Assembly (NCBI GenBank): GCA_038245295.1
Contig: JBBRSP010000011.1
Location: 128,001 to 192,000 of the forward strand
DNA from: Candidatus Binatia bacterium
GTDB taxonomy: Bacteria; Desulfobacterota; Binatia; HRBIN30
DNA: 64,000 nt
Direction of reading: 5' to 3'
In this document: piece after piece, positions 19,576-27,982 of the stretch
Layout: every line of letters begins with the position of its first letter
Numbering within the stretch: the first letter of the stretch is position 1
Made by a program: the position numbers and the translations under genes
The notes under the pieces: generated by a model
Told to the model about the DNA's origin: nothing
Seen by the model: only the letters and a program-made list of their open reading frames with translations
Database searches by the model: none

Positions 19576-20493
19576 TCATGGCAACTTCTTTCCCTGGGAT
19601 GCTTGGACGATCGAGTACCAATCGTGGCGTGTCAGCTTGACGCGGAACGCTGCCAGGCAATCGCGAATGCGTTCGACACGCTGGGTGCCGATGATCGGAA
19701 TAATGCCGGCCGGATGCGCCAACAAGAACGCCAGCGCGATGGCGCTGCGCGGCACACCCTCACGCGCCGCGAGGGTGTCGAGGCAGGTGATGAGCCCCGC
19801 CAAACGTTCACCGTCGCGCTCCTTGATGGCTTGCTCCGGCGTCAGGCCGAGTTTGCCGCCGGCCAGCGGACTCCAGGCGAGCGGTGTCACCTTGGTGCGC
19901 AGGCACTGGTCGAGGACGCCGTCGCGCAGGGGTTCGAGCCACCAGCAGCTGAGCTCGGGTTGGTGCGTTGTAATCGGGAAGGGCAGGTAGTGCTGCAACG
20001 CCTCGAACTGTGCGGCGCGATGGTTCGAAACACCTACCTCGCGAATCTTCCCGTGCTGCCGCAAGCTGCTCAGCGCCGCCGCGGTCTCCTCGGGATGGCC
20101 GAGCATGTCGGGCCGATGGATTTGGTAGAGGTCGATGGCATCGATGCGCAGTCGACGTAGCGAGGCCTCGCATGATTCGAGAATATGAGCGCGGCTCGAA
20201 TCGTAGGGCAAACCCGGAACGATGCCGCACTTGGTGGCGATCAGCATGCTGTCGCGCAGATGAGGGGTCTCATCCAACACTTTGCCGAACAGCTCCTCCG
20301 CGGCGCCGTTGCCGCCGTAAATGTCGGCGTGATCGAACAGCGTGATGCCGGTCTCGAGAGCAGCTTCGATCTTGTCGCGTGAGCTACGGAGATCACTGCC
20401 CGCAAACCGCCAACAACCGTAGGCGATAGGAAAGGCGCGCAACGAAGTGATCCCCAGGGGGCGTGTCGCTGTCGAAATCGGGATGGCTTCCAT
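19576..20493 (-). CDS. Aldo/keto reductase, 6-oxo-glucose reductase (SmoB/SquF)-like
   Basis: YGCWR, GITLFDHADIYGG, TKCGI, IHRPD, GVSN, AWSPLAGG; lies directly upstream of the SmoC-like gene. Confidence 0.85.
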   Translation of the reverse strand: MEAIPISTATRPLGITSLRAFPIAYGCWRFAGSDLRSSRDKIEAALETGITLFDHADIYGGNGAAEELFGKVLDETPHLRDSMLIATKCGIVPGLPYDSSRAHILESCEASLRRLRIDAIDLYQIHRPDMLGHPEETAAALSSLRQHGKIREVGVSNHRAAQFEALQHYLPFPITTHQPELSCWWLEPLRDGVLDQCLRTKVTPLAWSPLAGGKLGLTPEQAIKERDGERLAGLITCLDTLAAREGVPRSAIALAFLLAHPAGIIPIIGTQRVERIRDCLAAFRVKLTRHDWYSIVQASQGKKLP

Positions 20494-20553
20494 TTCAGGG
20501 GCACGCTACCAGAGCCTTTTGTCTGTTTCGAGCAGGGTGTGAGGGAGGAATCG

Positions 20554-21621
20554 ATGGCGGACCGGATTCGTTACGGCATCATTGGCTCCGGCATGATGGG
20601 CTGCGAGCACATTCTCAACATCAAGCTCACCCCGGATGCCGAAGTAGTGGCGATCGCCGACTCTAACGAGACCAGCCGTCACTGGGGCCGCAGTCTCGGT
20701 GGTGAGGGTGTCCAGGTCTATACCGATTACCGCGATCTCCTGCGCGAAGCGCCGGTTGATGCGGTGGTCATCGCCACACCCAACTTTACGCATCATGACG
20801 TCCTGCAGGACGTCTTTCGTACCAACAAACACGTTATGGTCGAGAAGCCGTTGTGCACCGTCGTCGACGATTGCCATCGGGTCGTCGACCAGGCCGCCAA
20901 ACATGCCGGTGTCGTCTGGGTCGGCATGGAGTACCGCTACATGAAAGCGGTCGGCCGCCTCATCGAAGCAGCGCATGCCGGCAGTATCGGCGCCTTGCGC
21001 ATGATCGCCATTCGCGAGCATCGCTTCCCATTCCTTCCGAAGGTCGACGACTGGAACCGCTTCAATCGCAACACCGGTGGCACATTGGTCGAAAAGTGCT
21101 GCCACTTCTTCGACCTGATGAATTTGATCGCGCTCAGTCGCCCGCGGTGCGTCTATGCGTCGGGAGCGCAGGACTTCAACCATCTGGACGAACGCTATGA
21201 CGGCAAGATACCGGACATCATCGATAACGCCTTCACCGTCGTCGACTACGACGGCGGCATCCGCGCCATGCTCGATCTCTGCATGTTTGCCGAAGGATCG
21301 CTGCACGAGGTGGAGATCGCCGTGACCGGGGTCGGTGGCAAGCTGCAGGCTTTCGAGCCCGATCACGAGTTTGTCCGCTGCCCGCGCGGCGGCGGCGAGC
21401 CGCGTCGCGAGCGTTTCGATCTCGAGGGCGGGGTGCAGGCCGCCGGCGCCCACCACGGCTCAACGTATTTCGAGCACCTCGCCTTTCAGGAGGCGATTCG
21501 TCGCGGCCTGCCGCCGCAGGTGTCGATCGAAGACGGCGCGCTTGCCGTCGGCGTCGGCGCTGCGGCCGAACAGTCGATCCGCGAACATCGTGTCGTCGAG
21601 CTGAAGGAATTGGGGTTCTGA
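20554..21621 (+). CDS. Gfo/Idh/MocA family protein, probable NAD+-dependent sulfoquinovosidase (GH188-like)
   Basis: GSGMMGCEH, EKPL, EYRY, IREHRFPFLPKV..WNRFN.NTGGTLVEKCCHFFDLM, HHGSTY.EH; divergent from the SmoB/SmoC-like pair. Confidence 0.8.
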   Translation: MADRIRYGIIGSGMMGCEHILNIKLTPDAEVVAIADSNETSRHWGRSLGGEGVQVYTDYRDLLREAPVDAVVIATPNFTHHDVLQDVFRTNKHVMVEKPLCTVVDDCHRVVDQAAKHAGVVWVGMEYRYMKAVGRLIEAAHAGSIGALRMIAIREHRFPFLPKVDDWNRFNRNTGGTLVEKCCHFFDLMNLIALSRPRCVYASGAQDFNHLDERYDGKIPDIIDNAFTVVDYDGGIRAMLDLCMFAEGSLHEVEIAVTGVGGKLQAFEPDHEFVRCPRGGGEPRRERFDLEGGVQAAGAHHGSTYFEHLAFQEAIRRGLPPQVSIEDGALAVGVGAAAEQSIREHRVVELKELGF

Positions 21622-22664
21622 AGATTGAGTCGCAACGCGAGAGGGCGCCTGATGCGGTTGGTAGCGCTCGTGTCACCGTACTCTTGCCGGCATACAACGC
21701 CGCGCCAACACTCGGCGTCTGCCTTCGCAGCATCGCGCGGCAAACGATCTCCGATTGGCAATGCCTGATTGTTGACGACGGTTCGACCGACGACACGGCC
21801 GCGATTGCTGCCGAGCACGCCGCCGCCGATAGGCGAGTGCGCGTGCGGCGACTCCCGCATGGCGGGCTCGTGACAGCTTTGAATGCCGGATTGGCAGAGT
21901 GTCGCACGCCGTTCGTCGCGCGGATGGATGCCGACGACCTCATGCATCGTGAACGTTTGCGGCTGCAACTCGCCGCGCTCGAGAACGACCCGACCCTGGC
22001 CGGTGTCGGCAGCCACGTCCGTCTCTTTCCCCGCCTCGGACTTAAGGACGGACGTCGTGCTTACGAGGCATGGCTCAACTCGATCGACTCGCCTGAACGA
22101 ATCGCCCTTGATCGCTTCATCGATTGCCCCGTGGTTCATCCCACGCTGACCTTCCGTCGCGCCGTGTTGCAGGAGTTCGCCTACCAAGACCGGGGGTGGC
22201 CGGAAGATTCCGACCTGATTCTCCGCCTGCACGCCGCCGGGCAGCGGATTGGCATCGTCAAGCGCCGATTGCTCGCCTGGCGCGACCACGCCAGTCGATT
22301 GTCGCGCACGGCGCCGAACTGTTCTCTAGATCGGATCATGGCGTGTCGAGCGCTGTTCCTGGCGACGGATTTCCTGGCTGGGCACGAGGACTACGTCCTG
22401 TGGGGCTATGGCGAGACGGGCCGTGACTTGCGCCGAGCGCTGTTGCCTTACGCGAAGACGGCCGCCTGTGTGGTTGAGGTGAATCCGCGCCGCATCGGCA
22501 ACACGATCCACGGTGCTCCCGTGATCGGAATCGACAATCTCGGTGCTCTACTCGGCCGCAAGATGATCGTCTCGGTTGCCGGTGCCGAGCCGCGACGTCT
22601 CATTCGCGCCGCTCTGGGCGACGTCGGGTTCACCGAAGGTGTCGACTTCGTTTGCGCCGCTTAG
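21618..22664 (+). CDS. Glycosyltransferase family 2 with C-terminal Rossmann-like extension
   Basis: VTVLLPAYNA, VDDGSTD, ARMDADD, ED motif, C-terminal VLWGYGETG. The conserved first strand lies upstream of the first TTG (21684), so the start is placed at CTG 21618. Confidence 0.85.
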   Translation: MKIESQRERAPDAVGSARVTVLLPAYNAAPTLGVCLRSIARQTISDWQCLIVDDGSTDDTAAIAAEHAAADRRVRVRRLPHGGLVTALNAGLAECRTPFVARMDADDLMHRERLRLQLAALENDPTLAGVGSHVRLFPRLGLKDGRRAYEAWLNSIDSPERIALDRFIDCPVVHPTLTFRRAVLQEFAYQDRGWPEDSDLILRLHAAGQRIGIVKRRLLAWRDHASRLSRTAPNCSLDRIMACRALFLATDFLAGHEDYVLWGYGETGRDLRRALLPYAKTAACVVEVNPRRIGNTIHGAPVIGIDNLGALLGRKMIVSVAGAEPRRLIRAALGDVGFTEGVDFVCAA

Positions 22665-22679
22665 CGGCGGTTGATCGTA

Positions 22680-24440
22680 TCAATCCGCCGCGTTGGTGGG
22701 CGCCGGATGAAGGGCCTCCAACGCATCGATTGCCTTGCGCAGCCCAGCCTCCACATCCACCTGAGCGGCGAAGGCTCGGGCGCGGCGCTGCAATCCCTTG
22801 TCGTTCAACGCCGCATGGATTGTTCGCCGCAGCATGTCCGACGAGTCGGCGGCGGATGCCACAACGCCCAATCGGCGTTGTTCGACGCAGGCCGCAACGG
22901 CGTGTTGGTCGCGGCCCATCGGTGTGCACACAAGAGGCACCCCGGTGGTGACCGCGGCCATGACGGTCCCATGCCCGGCATGTGTCACCACCAGGCTGGC
23001 GTGCGGCAACACCCAGGCGTGTGGCACGAAGGGCTGCGCCACGGCGTTGTCCGGCAACTGCAGCTCTTCGGCCCTGATGGCGTGTCCGAGAGTGAACAGG
23101 ACGCGGGCTGGAAGGCTGGCGACGGCGTCGGCGACGCGCTGCAGCGTCGCCACCTGATTCTGGAAGCTGGTGCTGTAGCTGACGACGATGAGTGGGCGAG
23201 TATCGGTCTCCGGCCACGGTAGGGAGTAGGCGGCTGTCGATTGGGCTCGAGTGAGGGGGCCGACGTAGTGCAGCTGGGGTGGTCGGTCCTGCGGCGCGAC
23301 ATCGAAGGCTTCCAACGTGAACGCGATGATCGCGTCCAACTCCTCGGCGACGCGACGTTGGTCGACGACGGCTGACAAACCAAACTTGCTGCGTACGGCA
23401 TTGAGGGGATCCAGGGCGGCGCCGGTCATACGGCCCGGGCTGTTGGCGATCGCGCCATAGACGGTGTGCCAGAGCATGGCGGTTGGCAGGCCGGTGCTCT
23501 TAGCCGCGGCGGCGGCCGTCATCAGTATCTGATCGACGAGGATCGCGTCGGGACGGGCCCGGGAAATCTCGGCGAGCAACGCCTCGCCGTAGCTCGGATT
23601 GAAGAAGACGTCCCGCAGGACGCGTGTCATTTCTTCCTCCGGTGTTTCGTCAAGGCGCTCAGATCCGTGCAGCAGCGGTGGGCCGCCGTACTCAACATGC
23701 TGAGCCCCGGCACCTGCAATCGCCGCGGCATGTTTGGCGTCGGACAGCACCCGCACGCTGTGGCCGCGTTGACGCAGGCCTCGGATGAGCTCCAGCTCCG
23801 GCGGCCAGTTGCCCGCGGCATCCAAGGTCACCAGGAGGAAATCGAGTTTGTGGTCTGGTCGTGCGGCCGCCCCCGCGCTGGCGATGCGCTTCTCCTCCAG
23901 ATCGGCAAGGGTCCTCTGCTTGAGGGCGCGGTGGGTGCGTAGCAATTGGGCGCGGTCCGCTTCGTTCTTGAGCCGCTGTAGCCCCCGCCGCACGATGGCG
24001 TCGGCTCGTTCGACATCCTGCAAGTCGTTGAGGGCGATCTCCAGCATACCGATGTGCGGATAGAGCTCGTTAGGGAACTCATTGGCGATGCTCTGGTACT
24101 CGTCGATGGCGTCGGCGTAGTGTTCGCGCATGCGTCGTCCGATGGCGCCGCTGTAACGCGGTTCGTGCGTCGCGCGGCCTCGTGGGTAGAACAGACTTCC
24201 CGTCGGGGACGCGATCAGGATGGCGAGAAGAGGGGCGAGCAGCATCGCGCCGCTCACCGCGAGTCCGAGGCCAGCCAGCATGGGGAAGGCGCCGCCCGCC
24301 TTTAACAAGTGCCAGGCGACGACGAAGAGTACGCCGGCAAGCGGCGCCCGCCAGGCAAAACCGTTGCGCAGATCAAGGCGATCATTGTTGTCCAAGGCGC
24401 CCCAGAGATAGCCCAGCGCGGTGTGGCAGGTGAAGCGCAA
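22680..24440 (-). CDS. GT1 (MGT/UDP-glycosyltransferase-like) domain fused to an N-terminal membrane + helical (TPR-like) region
   Basis: AAGNWPPEL, RGHSVR, FVPHAWVLPHASLVVTHAGHGTV, PMGRDQ; two hydrophobic segments at the N-terminus. Start uncertain. Confidence 0.8.
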   Translation of the reverse strand: MRFTCHTALGYLWGALDNNDRLDLRNGFAWRAPLAGVLFVVAWHLLKAGGAFPMLAGLGLAVSGAMLLAPLLAILIASPTGSLFYPRGRATHEPRYSGAIGRRMREHYADAIDEYQSIANEFPNELYPHIGMLEIALNDLQDVERADAIVRRGLQRLKNEADRAQLLRTHRALKQRTLADLEEKRIASAGAAARPDHKLDFLLVTLDAAGNWPPELELIRGLRQRGHSVRVLSDAKHAAAIAGAGAQHVEYGGPPLLHGSERLDETPEEEMTRVLRDVFFNPSYGEALLAEISRARPDAILVDQILMTAAAAAKSTGLPTAMLWHTVYGAIANSPGRMTGAALDPLNAVRSKFGLSAVVDQRRVAEELDAIIAFTLEAFDVAPQDRPPQLHYVGPLTRAQSTAAYSLPWPETDTRPLIVVSYSTSFQNQVATLQRVADAVASLPARVLFTLGHAIRAEELQLPDNAVAQPFVPHAWVLPHASLVVTHAGHGTVMAAVTTGVPLVCTPMGRDQHAVAACVEQRRLGVVASAADSSDMLRRTIHAALNDKGLQRRARAFAAQVDVEAGLRKAIDALEALHPAPTNAAD

Positions 24441-24600
24441 ATCGTTTGATTACGTCACCCATCGAGAATCGAGAACCCAATGGTCATCACGCAATCGTCA
24501 TCCAAGCCGATGAAAGTGAGGGTCTGGGGTGCCGGGTGCAGGGTTCGGTCGATACTTAGGAGACTTGCTTCGGAGGTGATGAGTTGGAAAGAGTTGCCGC

Positions 24601-25182
24601 ATGAAGCCCGTGCCGACCCTCCGCACCGCGCGTCTGCTCCTGCGCCAGTGGCGTGATTCGGATAGCGAGCCGTTTGCCCGCTTGAACGCGGACCCTCGTG
24701 TGATGGAGCACTTCCCGTCAACCTTGTCGCGGGCTCGAAGTGATTCCCTCGTTGAAGCGAATCGAGTCCATTTCGCGGCGCATGGTTTCGGTCTGTGGGC
24801 TGTTGAGGTCGTCGACGAATCGCCGTTCATCGGCTTTGTCGGTTTGGCTGTTGTGCGCTTCGATTCGCACTTTACGCCAGCGGTGGAGATTGGCTGGCGG
24901 CTTGCCGCCGCGTCCTGGGGCCGTGGCTTTGCCTCGGAAGCGGCGGCGGCGGCGTTGCGGTTCGGCTTTGAAACGCTCGAGCTGAACGAGATCGTCTCGT
25001 TGACGGTGCCCAGGAATCAGCGGTCGCGTGGTGTCATGCAACGGTTGGGGATGCAGCATTCCGCGGCCGACGACTTCGATCATCCGGTGCTCGACAGCGG
25101 CCATCCCCTGCGCCGGCATGTGTTGTATCGCCTGTCGCGCCACCAATGGCTGACTCGTGGTCCCGGCGCGAGCAACGCCTAG
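24601..25182 (+). CDS. GNAT N-acetyltransferase (RimJ/RimL type)
   Basis: LRTARLLLRQW, FIGFVGL, VEIGWRL...WGRGFASEAA, N.RS..VM.RLGM. Confidence 0.93.
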   Translation: MKPVPTLRTARLLLRQWRDSDSEPFARLNADPRVMEHFPSTLSRARSDSLVEANRVHFAAHGFGLWAVEVVDESPFIGFVGLAVVRFDSHFTPAVEIGWRLAAASWGRGFASEAAAAALRFGFETLELNEIVSLTVPRNQRSRGVMQRLGMQHSAADDFDHPVLDSGHPLRRHVLYRLSRHQWLTRGPGASNA

Positions 25183-25217
25183 TTCTACCAATAGACTTCA
25201 CGCGGAGGCTTGGATGG

Positions 25218-26246
25218 TCACGTCAAGGCACGCAGATCCGTGAGTGCGGCCGCCGCTTCGGACGGCGTGATCTCGCGCAGGCAGTTGTAGTGCCCGAACT
25301 GGCAGGTTCGCTGCAGGCAAGGACTGCAGTCGATACCGCGGTAGAGCACACGCGTGTGCGGCCCGAGTGGGCCGGTGCGCACGGGGTTGGTCGAGCCAAA
25401 GATGCCGACGGTGGGGATGCCGAGTGCGCCGGCAATGTGCATCGAGCCGGAGTCGTTGCCGACAAACCCCTGGCACAATGACAACAGGGCGATGGCTTGT
25501 TCGATGGACGTTTCACCGGCCGCGACGACGGCGCCATATTGTGATGCGGCTGCAATTTCGGTGCACAAGCCACGTTCCGTCGGCGCGCCTAGAAGGACAC
25601 ACTCCGCACCGTGTCCAACCGACAAGGCGTCGATGAGAGCGCTGTACGACTCCGCCGGCCACTGTTTGGCGGGGCCATACGCCGCACCGGGCGCCAGGGC
25701 GATGAGCGGTGTATCCGGCGCACGCCGACGCGTCGTCAGCCAGGCGCGCATGCTTGTTTGTGCCGGCGGCGAGGCCTCGAGCAGGACATCATCGATGTCC
25801 CCGATGATCCCGAGCGTTTCTCGCAGCATGTCGAGGTATGCCTGTGCCTGGTGACGGTTCGGATTATGCGTGTCGATGGCGGCTCTTGCCGTCAGCAACC
25901 AGCCGCGCCCGTCGGCACTGACCCCGGCTCGGCGCGGAATCGCCGCCAGAGCCGGCCACAGCGCCGCTTCGAAGGAACGGGGGAACAGAATCGCCAGGGT
26001 AAAGCGTCGGCGCCGCAGCTGGCGGATGATTTCGAGATGATCGTTGATGCCGACCACGCCGCGACGACGCTCGTATGGAATGACCTCGTCGATCCACGTG
26101 GCGCCGGCGAAGAAGGAGGCGAGGTCGCGCCGAACCAGGACCGCGATATGTGCCTGTGGGTTGGAACGGCGAACGGCGCGCATGGCGGGCAGGCTGATCA
26201 CTAGGTCGCCGAGCCAGTTGACAGCCTTGATGAGAATCCGCTCCAT
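25218..26246 (-). CDS. waaF: Lipopolysaccharide heptosyltransferase II (GT9)
   Basis: ILIKAVNWLGD, APGAAYGPAKQWP, GNDSGSMHIA.ALGIPTVGIFGSTNP, CSPC..R.C..GH..C. Confidence 0.9.
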   Translation of the reverse strand: MERILIKAVNWLGDLVISLPAMRAVRRSNPQAHIAVLVRRDLASFFAGATWIDEVIPYERRRGVVGINDHLEIIRQLRRRRFTLAILFPRSFEAALWPALAAIPRRAGVSADGRGWLLTARAAIDTHNPNRHQAQAYLDMLRETLGIIGDIDDVLLEASPPAQTSMRAWLTTRRRAPDTPLIALAPGAAYGPAKQWPAESYSALIDALSVGHGAECVLLGAPTERGLCTEIAAASQYGAVVAAGETSIEQAIALLSLCQGFVGNDSGSMHIAGALGIPTVGIFGSTNPVRTGPLGPHTRVLYRGIDCSPCLQRTCQFGHYNCLREITPSEAAAALTDLRALT

Positions 26247-26262
26247 GGGTTGGCTCAAGCGC

Positions 26263-27216
26263 TCAGGCGTTGACCGTATGGATCGGTTTGCCATCGAGGT
26301 ACGCGCGCACGTTCCTCATGCTGGTTGCCATCAATCGTCGTCGTGCCGCCAGGCTCGCCCACGCGACATGCGGTGTGATGATACAGCGCGGGACGCGTTG
26401 TAGAGGGTTGCCCTCGCTCATTGGTTCGGCAGAAACGACATCAACGGCTGCACCTGCGAGTGTTCCTCGCATTAGAGCCGACGCCAGGGCGGCCTCATCG
26501 ATCAAGCCTCCACGTGCCGTGTTGATGAGGAAGGCGGTCGGCCTCATGCGTGTCAGCAACGCCTCATTGACGAAGGCGACATTCTTCGGCGTCAGCGGGC
26601 AATGTAGAGAAATCACGTCGCTCTGAGTGAAGAGATCGCCGAGGGCTAGGCGCGGCATGTCGGTCGCGCTGGCGTCGTTGTGGTCGCCGGCTGCCACGAC
26701 ATTCATTCCAAACGCGCGCGCCAGCGTGCCGACGCGGCGTCCGATGCGTCCGTAGCCGACGAGGCCCATCGTCAGGCCGGCAAGCTCGATTGGTGAATGT
26801 TGTACGAAGCAGAAGTCGGGTGAGCGCTGCCAGGCTCCCGCGTGCACGTCGGCGTCGTAGGCACCGACGTGCTGACAGAGCTCGAGCAGCAGGGCCATGA
26901 CGTGTTGCGCCACCGAGTCGGTGCCGTACTCGGGGACATTCGAGACGACGATGCCGTGGCGCTTTGCCGCGGCGATGTCGACGACGTCGTAGCCGGTTGC
27001 CAGCACGGCAATGAAGCGCAGCTCCGGCAGCTGAGCCAGGAACTCGGCCGGCAGTCGTGTCTTATTTGTCAGGATGATGTCGGCGCCGCGGCTGCGTTCG
27101 ACAGTCAGGTCGGGCGGCGTACGATCGAAGACGCTCACCTCGCCCATGCTGTCGAGATCATCCCAGGGATTGTCGCCTGGGTTCAGCGTGTGGCCGTCGA
27201 GAACTACGATACGCAT
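26263..27216 (-). CDS. D-2-hydroxyacid dehydrogenase (glycerate dehydrogenase-like)
   Basis: MRIVVLDGHTLNPGD, ATGYDVVD, GYGRIG, SLHCPLT, INTARG, TPHVAW. Confidence 0.93.
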   Translation of the reverse strand: MRIVVLDGHTLNPGDNPWDDLDSMGEVSVFDRTPPDLTVERSRGADIILTNKTRLPAEFLAQLPELRFIAVLATGYDVVDIAAAKRHGIVVSNVPEYGTDSVAQHVMALLLELCQHVGAYDADVHAGAWQRSPDFCFVQHSPIELAGLTMGLVGYGRIGRRVGTLARAFGMNVVAAGDHNDASATDMPRLALGDLFTQSDVISLHCPLTPKNVAFVNEALLTRMRPTAFLINTARGGLIDEAALASALMRGTLAGAAVDVVSAEPMSEGNPLQRVPRCIITPHVAWASLAARRRLMATSMRNVRAYLDGKPIHTVNA

Positions 27217-27233
27217 ACGCGGCTGGCCGAACC

Positions 27234-27689
27234 CTAGTGCTTCGGTGCTTGCGGTGGATGCTCGTGTGTCACCGCGGTTGGCTGCTGCGACAACTGCAGA
27301 TGTCCCAGGTCTTTGACATTGGCGCAGGCATCGACGGTGCCGGACGTGCACTGCTCGATGTTCGGGATGTAGAAACGAAAAGGGCCGCCCTTTGCTCCTG
27401 GAAGCGGCGCGTCGCCGAGCCGGTAGGCGACGACGGCATCGGCGACGGCGTCGAGCGGCACGCAGATCGAAAAGCCCCCGTCCGCCGAAGTCAGCGTTAG
27501 ATGCGCCGCTTGCGGCTGCACACCGACGACAGCGAGAACGGCGCGCAAGCGCACGCCGCCGCCTTCGCGGCCGGGGACGAGGGTGCCGATGTCGGCGACC
27601 TGATCGGGGAGCTGGCGCAGATCGTCGAAGGTCAGGCTAGCGGGACGGGCGACGGTGGCGTCGATGCCGTCGATGCGTAGTTGCGACAT
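27234..27689 (-). CDS. Small molybdopterin-dependent oxidoreductase-like domain protein
   Basis: LRIDG...LTFDDL, GVRLRAVL, SADG.F, GGPFRFYIP, CANVK. Confidence 0.7.
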   Translation of the reverse strand: MSQLRIDGIDATVARPASLTFDDLRQLPDQVADIGTLVPGREGGGVRLRAVLAVVGVQPQAAHLTLTSADGGFSICVPLDAVADAVVAYRLGDAPLPGAKGGPFRFYIPNIEQCTSGTVDACANVKDLGHLQLSQQPTAVTHEHPPQAPKH

Positions 27690-27982
27690 GAGTGAGAAAT
27701 GACATCAGCCAAGCGGAAGGGCAACCACCGCCGACGGCGACCGACACATCGACGACGACCGGAGCGGCGATCATCGATCACCGAGCCTCGCGGTGGCGCC
27801 GGATCAATTCTGCCGCCGGCCTTGGGCCATTGGGCGCCCTCCGGTGTGATTGTTCAACTTCGCCGATCTAGTGCTTTGTGTGCAAAGCCCGACCCTTGAC
27901 AAGGGCGCCGCGCTGAAGCGAATCTCCAGCGTGCACGAGATACTGCCGCGACTGCGGGCCTTGATCTCGGAAGGGGCTTGCC

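Noticed and set aside
24519..24548. Short 7-mer GGGT-type runs here and at about 31062-31090
   Set aside because: Only 3-4 degenerate units in GC-rich DNA; too weak to assign a function.
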